DNA of 64,000 nucleotides. It comes from Hyphochytrium catenoides (taxonomy: Eukaryota > Protista > Hyphochytriomycota). Location: contig FLMG01004102.1 of NCBI GenBank assembly GCA_900088475.1, positions 5,058 to 69,057 on the forward strand, written 5' to 3'. The notes beneath the pieces were generated by a model. That model worked only from the letters and a program-made list of their open reading frames with translations. It ran no database searches and was not told the DNA's origin. Shown here in pieces: positions 1-19,660 of the stretch. Every line of letters starts with the position of its first letter. The first letter of the stretch is position 1. The position numbers and the translations under genes were made by a program.

Positions 1-388
1 AACAGACAGCAGCGCAGGGGGGAAGAAGAAGTGGCCAGAAGCCGTTACTGCCAGCACACAGAAGCACTAAAGGGACGTTATCGGCTCCTGTAACGACCAA
101 ACTTCTCGTTTTTTGAGAGTGAGACGGGCTCTCTGACCTCCCTGGTGCTGACCAGATTTTGCATCAGACGCAGCAGCTTGGCTGGTGGTGGCAATATGCG
201 GAACTGCGTCTCACAGAGGGACAGTGACTAATAAAGACGTCTTCATTATCAATCTCTATAGCAGAGAACCAAAGGCAGTCATTCCTCTTGCTCTTAATCC
301 TGTTTTTCATAATAGAGAAAGATTTCACAGCGACCGGCAAGCTATCAACCCTCCTCCTCCTGCTAACACGAGGAGGACCTCATTCCTC

Positions 389-3113
<2,725 letters not shown>

Positions 3114-4175
3114 GCTCTAATGACTCTTGTGTCTATAGTCTAATGTCCTGGTTCTAAAGCTGAAAGTGCCAACAAGCCAGCAGGCAGGGACGTCAGAGCG
3201 TCGGAGTGGTCATCATCAGCTCGAACATCATCATCAGAACCCATCAACACACTCATCATGAACAACACCACCACTCTACGAGTCAGCTTTGGCGATAATT
3301 GCCGCTAACGGCAATTAGTCGCTCAACTACAATTGCTCCTTGACTTCAGTGGGAGTGTTAGGACTTAGGACTGTGAGTTGTATCTGGTGGATGGATGCAT
3401 TCAAGAGGTGATGATGATTGATGACAGGAGAAGGGGGAGGAGTGGCAACACTTACTCTTCTTCTGGGGTTCCCTCTACTGTGAGACTGGAGACAGATATC
3501 TTCCAGAGGGTGAAAGGAGCCTTGAGAATCTATTTCAGAGCTACATGCCAACACTGAGCAGAGGTAGAGTCCCATTATAGGGAGAACGGGCTGATTTCGC
3601 CTTTACAATTACTGCTGGGTCTCTGTTAACCTATCTATTGCCTGGTGCGTTTGAAGGATGCTGATGATGTCAGGGGCCTTCGTAGACAAAAGACCTGTGT
3701 TGCCCCCCGTTGGCCGTCTGTTAGCACCTCTGCCACTCTAGGTCATCGACACTGCCCATAATCTTGCCCGGCTGTTTGTACGGACCAGTAAGTTCAAGAA
3801 GGCATTCGCTCTCTTGATCAGTCCTCGCCCATGATCCTTCCGCGAACACTCTTCCGGAATGACCCACCAGCAACCTACTAATGTAACCCGTAGCCAATTC
3901 TTGATGAGGCAACCCCAATGCCGTATTCCCAGAGGTGCTATACGTCCCTTCCCTAAAGTGCAGCTAACATCCACTTTAAAATTGGCGCCATGCAGGCTGT
4001 CGTCACTGAATACCTACGGCAATCAAGCGAATGCCATGGTTCTGTGCCATAGGCGTCGCTACAGTGGTGATGTGCCAGCGGTAACACGACGTGCCTGAAC
4101 TAGACCATAGAAGAGAGGAAGATTCCCGCCATGCGGGCTTTGTGGGAGCACAAAACGTTCGGTGGACATCAAAAG

Positions 4176-5368
4176 TCACGGCCAGTACTCTTCACCCTTG
4201 GCAAGATCACTCATTTTACCGTGTGCAAAGGTGTAGATACAGTGACCTACAAAAGATTATGAGCATGTATTGCATCCAGTCCCTTCATAGTGATATGCAG
4301 CCTTACCCTCATGAGTGCAAATGAATCCTGCGTGTCGCATCATACTAAAGAACTCCTTCGAGGCTGCAATTCGTCGCTGCCAGGACATCAAGAAGGACCT
4401 ATATGTGAAGCAAAGTTTATTAGTATCATCTACAATCTTCTAATAAGTCACAAAATAAAAGTCAGTGCACGGACCTGGACGGTTTGTTCTCTAGGATTGT
4501 CAGTAATGTCTTCACAAGATCTATGCGGGAACTGAGTGGGTTAATAAGCGCGAATCTAGTTTGACGGCAGAAGTCCGCACCTGGATAAGCACTAACGTAC
4601 AGCAGGATATCACTCGCCACTATCACATCGAAGTGGAGCATGTCCGTTGGGATGCCTTGACCCCAGTTATGGGGGAAATGGGGGACAGGGTCATGTCCAT
4701 TGAGCTTGAAATTATGGGCGATATTATCTACAACGATGAAAGGTTGAAAAGTAAGCGTGTGGTGCAAAATGGGACGTGTTTTGCCTTACCTTGGATGTCC
4801 TTGTCATCGGCATCGCTTGTAACCAAGGACTTGAATCCTCTGCTATGAAGAAAAATGGATAGCAAGCCAGTTGCGGAACCAAGCTCTAGGATCCGCCTAG
4901 ATTGAAGTTCGTGCTCAAGACTCAGCTAGGAGACCAAGAGATGGACAAGCAGGTTGCGCATTAGCCTGGACACGAGACGGGTCTGCTTTCGATGTCAACA
5001 TTGTTAGGATTGAGGTCTCAAAAGGACTTACTAGGTACTGAGCCATCACGAAGGTGCCCGGCCTGGCACGAAGGAAATTAGAGTAGCGGTATTGTCAGGC
5101 ATTGTAACTCTTTATTAGAGCAAATTTTCATCTGAGGTGTTTACCATAGTCGATTGGCGTTCTGCGAGTAGGAGTTAAGAGCTTTGAGAGGCACTGCCGG
5201 GCCTTAGCGATAAGAAGGAAGAGTTACCTTGGGGTGAAAGTCAAACTGCCGGACTTTAAGCTTCTGGCCACACACCTCTACCTCCTGAACCTCAAAGTTC
5301 TGCTGGTACCCTTGGCGTCTCCTCTCTCCGTCCTCTGCGTCAGATGAATCATCGTCATATAGGCCCAT
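4176..5368 (-). CDS. Class I SAM-dependent protein methyltransferase (METTL21/METTL23-like, Methyltransf_16 family)
   Basis: Spliced: NANRLWPGTFVMAQYL, ILELGSATG (motif I), HNWG, FDVIVASDILLY. All introns GT-AG, including those flanking a 17-nt microexon. Confidence 0.85.
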
Positions 5369-5859
5369 TAGGGATATCACTGGCCCTGTGTCGACCGAAG
5401 CAACATGGGCCTTCGAAAAGTCTGCCATGCCTTGTCCTGGTCGAGTAGATGCCACCAAGGCTAAGACTTATCACGGTCCTATCTAGACTGCCTCAAACAG
5501 AGATCTGCTGTGCTCCTCTTCATTAGCGGCAAGGATAGTGGTGATTGACCAAGGCGCAGATTCTGCTTCATCGACGGCAGCAAGTATGACCTCTGATGAG
5601 CCGACAGCATTTGTCTGCAGCTCCTGTCTGTGAAGCTTCCTAATTCATTGATCCATTGGTTAGAGATGACAGAAGTGTGTGCGCTGTTCGACATATGACA
5701 GTTAGTGCATTGTCGCTGCGGCCAATCAGCGTGCGATCATATGGAGCGAAGTGCCGGTAACGGCTATTCCTGTGATTGATCTCTGAAGTCTCTTGGTGTT
5801 GGGCCGAAGCGTTACTCTAACTTTAGAGCAGGCTTGCCTCCTACAGAGACGACCATCTC

Positions 5860-6120
5860 AGTGCCGCCGCCGCAGCAGCAGCAGCAGGAGAAGCAGTCCC
5901 CGCAGCAGAGCAGCAGGAGCAGAACAAGTAGAAGTGATAGTAGCAGCAGCAGTAAAGCGCGGCAGCAGGCAGCAGCATCACAAGCACTCAGCAGCAACAG
6001 CTGGAGAAGCACTGAGCAGCAGGCGGAGAAGCACTGAGCAGCAGGCGAAGAAGCACCGAACAGCAGCAGGAGAAGCATTAGCATCAGCAGCAGGAGAAGA
6101 AGCAGCAGCAGCAACATACA
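5860..6120 (+). repeat. CAG/GCA-rich low-complexity tract with a 22-bp minisatellite (GGAGAAGCACTGAGCAGCAGGC)
   Basis: Two identical units at 6003-6024 and 6025-6046, degenerate copies following, and (GCA)n runs upstream. Confidence 0.85.
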
Positions 6121-6360
6121 TGGACGAGTAGTCAAATGGTAATTGTCACAGCATCAACATTCCAGAGCTACGACTTTTGTGCCCTCGTGCCCTCTGCAAC
6201 TATCCTCTTACTTAGATCTTGGACATTTAGTGACCAAGTTTGCCGCATCCTTGAATCGGCCAAAGTTTATTAGGAAGCTCTGCCCGCCTGTGAAAACAAG
6301 ACCCTCTAGATCATAAGCATAATACCGGAATCCGGCCAGGATTGGGCACAGGAACATACC

Positions 6361-9300
6361 ATGCTGGGTAGCGTTGGAGGTGCTAAGAAAGCAAGCCCCG
6401 TCCTTGCCAAGGGACTGCGAAAGGAGGCGACTAAGAAAGTGCATAGCTTATCTGACTCAAGGACTATAAGACAAGCGGTACCCGTCCGAAAAGAGAGTGA
6501 TATACATAGCTTCTCAAGGCCCCTTGGACAGATCGGTAGGTCGCATTCCTTGTCTTTAAGGAAGAGATCTATAAACGTCTGCATTGTTTCTAGGACGCCT
6601 TAACATTGATCTCCTGAGTGTTGAGGAGCTCGATCTGGGTCCTCAGCTGAAATTGACAGCACTAGACACGTGCCGCTTCGCCGTACATAGTCAGAACGAC
6701 CCGGCTTACGAGAGTCTGAGCACAGATGTGCCCATAAAACGGAGGGGCGAAAGTGCTCGAGTGGATATCAACCAACAAGTTAGCCTACCGTTCTACCTGC
6801 TTGAGAGTGGAACCCTCCCACCAATCGCCTTGGAGTTCCACCTCAAGATCCCCTGCCAAAAGCAGTCTCCTGGGAGAACGGTTGCAAGGGCGATCTTTAG
6901 AATTGATGAGCTGCAGAGAGACTGCAAGCTTTCTGGCGGAAAAGTTCATAATAAGATATACGAATTGACTCTTATCCGAGATGAAGACTGGGCTGCGGCA
7001 GGAACCTTGCTCTTCGCTATATGCTTTACAGCTACAGCAGCTTGTGAGAGGGAAAGCTCACGGAGTCGACAGTTAACAAGAGCTCTGACTGTAACTGGAA
7101 GGGGAAGAGTGCGCATCCACATTGTTCAGATGCTTCATACACCAGCATCGGAGACACACAAGCCATCCACAAACTTCGTCCTCAAGGTCTGCAGCTTCCT
7201 TAACACTCTGTATCTCTCTATTGAACGTGCCGTTTGGTAACAGTTGCTAACGCATGGTCCTTTGCAAAAAATGATTGCTGCCCCTCTCTGTCCTAGCTCT
7301 CTTTACGGTCTGCAAACGACGGTTGGCTCTGCTACCCGCTGATGACAGGGTTAAATGATGCTGACAAGGAACAGGGAACTGTGTTTCTTACGGGGAAAAC
7401 GGTTATGCGTCACGGTAGGCGGCACATCGTCCCATTTTATGGGCTTGCAAGCATTGCTCACCAAATATTATATTGTCTTCGTTGCACGGTCTGTGCTTGT
7501 TGCTGTTGAGAGTGCAGACGTTCCTACTGCATACTTGGGGCGTGCGGTGGAGTTTGACTTGGATCGCCGAAGTGAACTACCGCAAGGAGGAGATGGATTA
7601 GCATCACTTGCTCCCTTACAGCTGAGCTTTCAGCTCTTCGACTGCCCAGCTTCTAGCGGGAGATATAGTGCACCACGTTTCTTTGCAGAAGGCCACTTTC
7701 CTCTGGCCCCAATGCTGGCCAAAGGAGCCACCGGTACTCCCAAGACTTAGATGTCGCTCTGTGACTATCAATGTTCCCACTTTCTTGGTGACGGAAGCCA
7801 GTAGAATATGCTCTGACATAGTCCATCGCTTTTTTGCAGGTGACTACGTGGAATTGGAATGTCCACCGGGTAGAAAGGCAGCTGTGCTTGTGTCTTCGGA
7901 GATAGTAGAGGCTGAAACCACATACGAGGGCACATTGCCTGCAAAGTCTTTGCCGGGAGTCTCAAATATAGCAGATGTGGTCTCTGGAGCAGACGAAACG
8001 AAGGCTATTTTCCAGCTATGGATAGCCATAAAGCGTGGGGTGGGGCTTGGGCCAGCCGTTCGTCCGTTCATTCATTGTCCATACCTTCAGGTGAGAACAA
8101 GAGACTGGTAGATGGGAAGAAGCGTCGCTTGCAGTTAGGTGAGAAGTGCGGGCGAGGGTGAGATTCTCTTGGCGACTGTTTCCCTTGCTCCACTCAGATT
8201 CTCTTGCTCGATCGCCCCCTTAAACGTTTTGCATGGTTCTGCAGTTGAAAAGCTCAGATGGCGGCCAAGAATATGTTACAGAGCCTTGGGAGGGCAGAGG
8301 AAGGATTGCCCTGTGGAACCACCTTAGCAGCATGCTGGTTAAAGGAGGAGGCCAGAGCTTCTACCTCTTTCTATACGACCAAAGGGCAGATTCTAGCCTT
8401 CTCCTTGCTAGTTCCATCTTCACCATGGAGCCTTTTACTGGTAGGGGGGTTGCTTCCGGAAGCATTTCCATCCTATTTAACCCAAGTCGGTGCCCCTGTT
8501 AACTCCAGCAGGAGGGCCACCGCGTCCAATTCATTGCTGGGTAGAGATGAAGCCCACAGAGGCGCTATCGGCTGAAGATAAGCGATTTAGCATCCAGGGG
8601 AATGTTAACGTACGGATTGAGGTGTCGTTCCTCTTCCTGCCTCCAGGTGACACTATTCAACTCAGCGATGTTGATGTTCGGGAACTGCTGGATGTTCAAC
8701 CCCAAGGTATTCGTCTTGATAAGTCCATCCATCTAGGTCCTTCTTGAGGAGTGCCACAAACGTACTGACCCTGTCAATCGCAGTCATTGTGCCTCGCCTT
8801 CCGTACGCCATAGATACTCTGACTTCAGGCGTAGAGCATGGAAGTGAGGACACTAAAAAGAAAGGAGACATTTCCCCTGCTACCTCATCCAAGGGAAGCC
8901 AGAATGGAATCAACAACAGCGAGACCAGAAATGAGGCTGAGCAGGAATGTAACGTTCTCGACGCCCAAGGACGCACTAAACAGGTACTTGCCACATCTCC
9001 GCGCCCGACCGTTGGATTAGAGCGCTGGAAACCTAGTCAGCAAGATCTGGCTTCTTAAAGGACATCGATAAATGGAGGAGAGAGGTGGCGTAGGCCGACG
9101 ACAATACTAATCACGCACGCCACCGAGTCCGAGGGCAAGATCCCAGGTGCTAGCTAAGTAAACGTCTTCTTACAGAACATCAGCCAAACAAAGCTTCTAT
9201 GGGGTGACTGCGCTGAGCTGTTGGCTAGGATTCAGGTTGATCTTCAGCTCCAGCGCCAGATTGACAGCCGCCGCCAAGTAGGAGTAAAGAGGTGAGCCTA

Positions 9301-12300
9301 GTTGGTGTAATTGGTGCTCAGGGTTGTGGCTACATTTTCGCGGCGGCTTCGATTTACTCAGATACTGGATGCAAACTTGAATCTTGAGCCACCTATCTGC
9401 GTGACTTAACCCGGGCTGCAGTCTATCTCTGGCAGAACCCGTGACTCCAGAAGTGGAACGTCGTGAGCTTTGGAGACTGACAAATGAGCTTATAGAACTG
9501 GAGCTCCGGAGGCTTGAGAATGCAGTGCAGCTAGGTCAGCAGTAGATTAATCATCTTTCCTGACCGCCAGCCAGCCCCATTTTCTTTTGACCCTCTCCTT
9601 TGTCCTTGCAGGCACGACGATGCGCCAAAGAGGGCTGCAGGATGTTTCTGCTCATCATCAGAAGGTTGGGTACCTTAGGGAGAAGCTGCAGGTTCTGGTA
9701 CGTATGAAGTCACTGGAAGAGGGCTTCTCTCTCGCTCCGTGTCTTCGGGCCTTGGTAGACTTGACTTGACTACCTACATCTGCTGTGAATAACAGATTGA
9801 TAGACAAGAAGACGAGTTCTGTAGCTTTTATGACGCTTGCCAACGACGCTCCGCGGGTGATGGCGAAGTTCTAGGAAGCCAAAGTAATAGGATACGAGAT
9901 ACTGCTAGGCGTACTGCGGCAGCTCAAGATGGGAAGCTGGGAGAAGAAGACCTTCCAGCTATGATGGAGCTGGAAAAGTATTTCCAGCAGTTGAAGCGAA
10001 GGTATCGAATGGTGAAGAGGAACCCTGTCGCGTTCCGGCTGCAGGTAAGTCTCCATAGCTGTATACAGGAGAAGTGCCCTTGGTCTGAAGAGATTCTGTC
10101 TGTGAATATACGTCGTCAAAAGGAGAGCAGAGGAGATGACATGGCAAGGCATATAGAGCAGATGACTCACCTCAGGCTGAATACTCTCATATATGAGCTA
10201 AAGCGCCAGGCAGTTCTTCATGCGGTACTATAGTTCGCCACTCGTCTGCCTTCTCATGCTGTCCTTCAACTACTTATAGATGGGCTGTTGCGACCGAAAG
10301 TTCTTCCAAATGCTATGTGTTCAGCCCTTAGCTTGCAGCTTTATCTCCGGGGACTAACGTCTCTATTCACTATGCCGGCAGCAAGAACTGGACCAGGCAT
10401 CCTTTAGTTCCCGACGGCGGCTACTCTCAATACTATATCAGAAAATTGACGCTCTACATGCGGCTAAAGATGTTTCGGCATCTGTTTCAGGGGTATGGGT
10501 CTTGACGTCACTTTACTCTTGACCACGGCTGATATGTCCGTTGGCTCTTCAAACGGGATGGCGTTTGACCTAGATGCAATCAAAGTCTTCTCAGAAGAAC
10601 CAACATCTTACCTGGCGTGGCTTGTGGGGTCATCTTCAGCGGTTTCTAGAAGAGGAGATGCCTAGCTTCAGTGCCAAGGATCTAGCGACAGAGCTGATTA
10701 GACACTGGGTGCAACAGCTCTCAGCCACAACACAAAGGCAAGAAGAACTGGGAAACAAGGAAGCCATTCCTAGCAAAGATGATCCAACACGAATCGTCAA
10801 TCGCCCATCGATTGCCTTGGAGGAATACTATTACATGGCAAAGGAGAGGAAGCTCCGCATCAACCAGGTAGGCGCTGTAACCTACGTCAACGACCAACCC
10901 GCAAGGCACAGTGTTGCCAGCGTAGACATCTCTAATCTCACATTCTCTCCCTAAACTCGCCTCTCCAACTTGCATGTCGGCCTCCAAGCCTCTAATGACG
11001 TGCTTCTTTCCTGTCCTTTTCGAAACGTAGCTCCTAAGAGCTCGAGGTCTAAGAATCTCGGATTATGAGAATGCTGCTCCCTACCTGCTCTACGTGACTC
11101 AAGGTTCGATAGACCTGCAAATCGCACTCGACAAGCTAATAACAGGTAAGGCCGGGCAGGCTGAGATTTCGGTGCTCAAGGACCCAACCCATCAAGATTA
11201 CGTTGGTACCACCATCCCGCGGTGTATGAAAGACTCTCAGATACGTGGAGACATTGAGGCAGGTCAAATGGTAGCACGACTTAGCCAGCTAATGAAGGAG
11301 TTTGAAGGGGAATCACAACAGCCTCTTGACTGGGCACAATTGAGGGAAAGCGTTCTGCAAGGTCATCGGTCAGTAGCTGGCGAGGGCACTGAGAAGCAGG
11401 GAAAAGTAGCGATGGTGTCCGGGGCACCGTTGTCGTCACTGGATGTCTCTATCTTTAGCTCCTCCTCCCTGTGGGACACGACAGCGGCAGAAGATCTAGT
11501 TGCAGTTGATGGAGACCTGTGTAAGGTAGGACCGAGAAGGCCATGATGGATGAGTGCAACGTTGGGACTGCATTTCCAGTTATTTACCGCAACAAAACGT
11601 AGAGACTCAACGTTCTCCATACTCCACAATCCATTGCAGGATACAAGGACAGGGAAGGAGACCAGCCCAGATCATGAAAGAGGCAGAGGTAGATCCTCAA
11701 CTTGTTTTCTCAGACCGTGGCCTTTGAGCTTAAGCCTCTCTTCCAGGTCTTGTTTTCTCGCTGTGTCAGCGCTTCATACGGTACGTACGTTATCTTCTCT
11801 TGGCGTTCCTTTGCTTAGGAGACCGTACCATGGTCCAGGTTCTTCTGCGAGTTCTTGACCCCCTCAGTGATAGACTGAGGTGTGCTATACTTTGCGACAT
11901 AAACTCTTTCCCGCTATCCTTTGCTGATTCTTGGCCTACATGCGTAGGCTTGTCTTTGTTTTTTAGTCTTTCACTTCTCATCTTCTTGCTAGCTTCGGCG
12001 CCGAAGCAACAGTGACTGTAGGAACCTTACGACGCGCCATAATCACCCGACAGAAGAGGGAAGCCAGAAAGAAAGCTCTAGATAGTCTAATATTTGCAGC
12101 GGCGGATGAGGTCGCACTCGGAGAAGTATCCGGCATGACCGATAAAGGGGAGCAATCTGATCAATCTCAAGCTGGGTTGAGTGCCAATTTGTGCAAAGCT
12201 CCAACTGAGTTCATCCCTCGTTGCGCGGATCTTTCCTCGTATCGGGCCTTTGTTCTGCACGGAGTGTATAAGCCCGCAAGTAGCGAAGGCGGCTCGAAGG

Positions 12301-13159
12301 AAAGACGGAGACCTCATGCTCGCACAAGCGAGAAAAAAAAGGCAGGAAGCAGCCAATCAACCTCTGAGGATCAAGTGGGAAGTCTGACTATTGAAGATTC
12401 CGAGCTTCCAAAGAATGGGAAGAAAACTAACGAAGAACAGGGCCCGGAGGACCACTTTATGACTGAGGCCTTGCAGGACTTGGTTACCAGCAGCATCCTA
12501 AGACTCATACCTCATTTGGAGAAAAACGAAAAGGCGGGCCAGACTACAGATCCAGCCCAGAACGCTCTCAAAGTAAAACGTCGCCCTTGTGCAAGTAGAA
12601 GTCTACCAGGGTTACCTTCTGAGCTACAGGAGCTGTTCTCCCGAGCGTCGAGTTCCTCAACCCTTACTAGAGAGGCAGAAGACGAGATCAAGAGTCTATT
12701 GCAGCAGAACTTAGCCTTAATAAACGCACACTATGGCAAGGAAGGTGGCACGGCTCTTCATTACGCCGTCAAGGTAAGGATATGAACCTGAAGATGGTCG
12801 TAGCGCTGGTTGGTTGTTGATCACACCTTCCTTAGGGACTTCCCGTGATAATTTTTTACCTATTTGCTGATGCAAATCTTCTAGTTGTTTCTGGCTCTGG
12901 GCGTTGGCTTGGCGCGGCTCTTTCAATCACTAAAGCTCTACAGTTTCAATGTACAGAACTTGTGCGCTTGCTTCTGGCTCTAGGAGCTGATCGCTCCGCA
13001 TTAGACTTTAGACAAAATCCCCCTGGCGCATACACCCAGGACCCCAAGATGCTTTGTTTGCTCGCCGGTAAGCCAAGTGATGGGTCTTTAGATGCGAACA
13101 GCAGGTAGAGATTTGGAACCCATAGTACCGTAGGTTGCCCAGATCCGAAAACTTATTGA
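6361..13159 (+). CDS. Large multi-exon hypothetical protein: N-terminal C2-like beta domains, central helical/coiled-coil region, C-terminal ankyrin repeats
   Basis: About 20 exons join in frame with GT-AG introns. C2-like segments (RLNIDLLSVEEL...AAGTLLFAICF; FQLWIAIKRGVGL...PYLQLK). Ankyrin GGTALHYAVK-FQCTELVRLLLALGADRSALD. The 3' end (13108 or 13159) is uncertain. Confidence 0.7.
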
Positions 13160-13307
13160 GGGCGATGAGCAAGAGGCTGCTAACCGATACGAACCTAGAG
13201 TGAGATCACAAGAAGTTTCCTCTGTGGTTGCCTCGGGAAAATGTGGCTCGATCCATCGATTGACTGCCTTATTATATTTTTCTAAAGGTGCTGGGCATGG
13301 GCGGAGG

Positions 13308-14546
13308 ATGCCAAAGCTACGACAAAATGAGCGCAGACTTCAATCGGAGGTAGGAATCATTGGTATAATAGATAAGTCGTAGACAACGACCGAGGAGTCG
13401 CTGTTGCAAAGCCAGATGATTGTTAAGCCGCTCCTGAACTCCTTCTGTCGCTATGTGCCGTTTCTCTGCTAGGTCTGCTGGTTGGTCAAACTTCTCATCA
13501 ATGGCAGCACAACAGCTGCCGCACCCTTATCCATCGCTGGCACAGCGCTCCGGTGTGACATACAGAGAAAGGAGCTCCTGGTGCAACTCGAAGGTGATTG
13601 GTGCTTCGCCATGCCTTCTGCCCATAACAGAGTCGCTGCCTCTTATATCATCTTTTCCATTGTTAGCTATGGTTTACTAGTTTAGCCCGCGGTCTCACTG
13701 TAATCTTCAGGTGGCACCCAAGATCTCAACGATCCGGATTCAGGGAGCGACAGGTTAAAAATACGCTGTCGAGGGGAGCGATTACAGCCGGAGGAAGGAG
13801 ATAGGTTATGCGTCCTTGTGACATCTCTATGTCCGAAAAGGAGGACGGTATTCACTCTGTCAACTAGCACTGAACGCTTTGCAGGACAAGAGGAATTTGC
13901 TTTTGATAAAATTGCTCTCTGGCTTCCAATCCGGCATTGCAAAGAGATTGAAAGGCTGGACTCCTGCTCCTTCGGTCTACTACAGCATGTCAGCTGCCTT
14001 TTTCAAGGGGAAAAGCAGCAGCACTGCGTCATAGTCAATCCTGAGCAACATGAGCTCGAGGTAGCAAGGCCAGTTTGCCAGGCGAGCGGCTCGAACCAGC
14101 AAGACGATAAAGATGTTGCTTTTACAGCAAACGATGGTGACTGTTCTGCCCCAAACCCGCAGCTGGTAATCGTCGACGGGGAGAAGATAGTTGAAGAAGA
14201 CAGGGGCAACATGAGGGCCTCACCTCAACCACCGCTTCGGATAATTTTGGGCCTTCAAACGTCTCTAGAACCACCGTTGGTATTGAGGGTGGCACAACAT
14301 GGAGCAGGGGAGGATTGCAATACCTTGCAAAGAAAAGGATCGCCAACTGCAGAAGAAACCGATATTGAAAGGCTCATCCTACACCTTGTCAACAATCTTA
14401 GTGACCCAATAGAGCGCAGCAAGGCATGGTCTTTTTCTTCAGCCGTTAAGGATCTTGATAGTGAAACATGTCTAGACCTTGTCAGAGGACAGCTCTGCCG
14501 GTTCCAGTTGACCGAGGATGAGCAAAGAAAAGATGGAGCACATTAG
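13308..14546 (+). CDS. Hypothetical protein, 3 exons
   Basis: MPKLRQ..SE | VCWLVKLLING..QLE | GGTQD.. joins in phase into the 242-aa ORF ending at 14546. No family recognised. Confidence 0.55.
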
Positions 14547-14718
14547 GGACAAGTGTACATTTTTACAATGGCTGCTTGCTCCAGGCTCTCCTACACGTTA
14601 TGTGTAAGTACCAGCTGGTGGAACCGGACAACTCTATCTCAGCTGCGTCATGCACCTAGAGCTTGGTTAACTGATAAATTATGACAAACCTCAATAACAC
14701 ACTTTTCCACTATTGCGC

Positions 14719-15812
14719 TTACTCCTCTTTCAAGGGCACATGCGACAAAGTAGTTCGGAGTTCATCGTAAGCTGTTCGCTGCGTCACTTGGGTACTCTTA
14801 AGCCTCTCAATCAACCGAGCTTCCTCGGCCTCAAGCTCTGCTATTTTTCTCTCTACTAAGGCCTTCCGCTCCTGTTCTTCTTGAACCCTCTTGGCGTGCT
14901 GAGCCCTCAATTGCTCCTGGTGAGCTTTCTAATAAGCGAACGAGAGAGGTGAGCCGGAAGTTATCGTCATGGTGTTGCAGGTGCTGACCTTCTGCGCCTC
15001 TCTACGCGCTTTCTTCAACTCTTCTTCTCTTCTGATCTTCTCCGTCTTCTCCCTTTTCAGGTCTTCTTCTTTCTTCTTTTCGCGCAGCAGTACTTGACGT
15101 TGCATCTAAACACCAGGAAGTAGAAATGGCTTAGGGAGGCAGAGCTGGGGGATGTACCGCATTCCCTACCCCTTGTTTCTCCTTGGCCTGCTTTGCTTGA
15201 TGCTTCTTCTGATCAGCGAGCCATTGCTTTCGATCCTATAGTTTAGAGTGTAAGCCAATCAAAAAGGTTATCTGGGGATAGAAGGGAGATCATTTACCAG
15301 CACTTTCTTCTCCAGACTCTGTTTAAACTCGAGATTCTGTGCTACTTCCGCCTTGATCTGCATAGTTTTTGCCTGAGAAAGCTGCTCTCTAGCTTGGTGA
15401 TGATCAACGTTGCGCTTTTTTGCAGTCTCAATCTCTTTCACTCGCTTTTTCGTCTCTTCAACCTTCTTCAACGCTTTACTCTCCTCTTTCTGCAATGAAC
15501 AGCGTCAGTCAAAAGTGAGCAAGGTCCAGCGCCAAATCTCCGACGTACTTTCAAGTGCTTCAGTCTATTCATTAAAAGCAAGACGTCTTGCTCCATTTTC
15601 TTTCTTTCATTTTTGGCCTCAAGAAGCTCAGGGCTTCTAGCTGAAGAGCCTCCGCTGCGCGACCGTGCTCGGGCACTTCCCAAACTGCCGGATAGGCGAG
15701 GCTTTGGAGCCTCATCTTTACTTCCCGCCGACCGATCAGGAGTATTCGTCTCCAGCTGCGGCTCTTCATTCTTCGTGGTGGAGACAGTAAGAGTTGGGTT
15801 ATCTGCCTCCAT
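14719..15812 (-). CDS. K/E/R-rich coiled-coil protein
   Basis: Five exons with GT-AG introns; ERKKMEQDVLLLMNRLKHLKKEESKALKKVEETKKR...EAEEARLIERLKSTQ. Confidence 0.75.
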
Positions 15813-16343
15813 CTGCTCGGTAGGAGTCCCTCCTCTACCCTAATCACATCCAGATAAGTCCTCCACCAGTTCTCTAGCCTAGTATGACCGTCTCTGATCG
15901 CCTTCTTTGAAGCAAAAGGAGCTTCATGAGCTCATCGCGCGGGTGGCGTGACAGCATGTACCGATGGCATCAGTCGGATGGCTCTGTTACGTTCACCAAG
16001 AGAAGGATCAACCGCGATGCGGCGTGAGGATTAGTCTGTTTACCCTCATCAAGTGACAACCTACGCTTCTCCTTGTCTAGTCAGCGAGTAACGGACGTCT
16101 AGGGAGGATTCTGATCATTGAAAGCTTCCACCTTACTTTTCCTTAATTCTCAATTACTGTCAGTCATTTAGAATACACGTGACCAATGACTCTAGTATGA
16201 GAGATATGTACAACAAACCACTCTGCATTCTCAACCTCCGGAAGAAATAATTCGTAACAAAAGAAACAAAACCTCGAGACTCAATCACTGAAGAACGAGA
16301 TGTTGGTCCTTGACACCAATCCTAGTCTATGTGCCGCGAAGCC

Positions 16344-19221
<2,878 letters not shown>

Positions 19222-19660
19222 GTGTCTCCAGCGCAACTTATCAGCCTCTCCCTGTTAGCTATCAGAGCAGCTGTCCTGATAAAGGCCAAACCTATGGGGA
19301 GGCGACGGCCTTGCAAGCGGCAGAGTTAGCTGCTGCTTGAGATCCAAGAAGACGTTATCCCAGCAGCCTTCATTGATCCTGATGATTCTGATGGACGGAA
19401 AACTCGGAGGGGAACTCTGAGGAAACTAGTACTGTAACTATTGTAGCCAGTTGTATCACATCAGAACATCAGAACAGCATCTGTAGGTGGATTGACAGTA
19501 GGAACTATGAGTATCTGTTTATAATCCTTCTTCATCAGCACCTCGAGAGGCACGCTACCCCTCTAAATAACTGTATAGACGACAGTACATGGACTATGGT
19601 TGAGATCCATCTTCTGTCAGCTCGACAACGGACTTTAGACAGATGTGAAAGATGTAGCTC

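Noticed and set aside
3300-4170. Short ORFs between GluRS and the methyltransferase (similarly at 25780-26200 and 52634-53284)
   Set aside because: No homology cues or coherent exon chain; treated as intergenic or UTR.
5793-6135. Poly-Leu/Gln/Ser/Ala ORFs on both strands
   Set aside because: By-products of the CAG-rich repeat; the 22-nt period breaks frame.
13308-14546. Initial guess of a PIH1/CS-domain dynein assembly factor
   Set aside because: No PIH1 motifs in the spliced translation; left as hypothetical.
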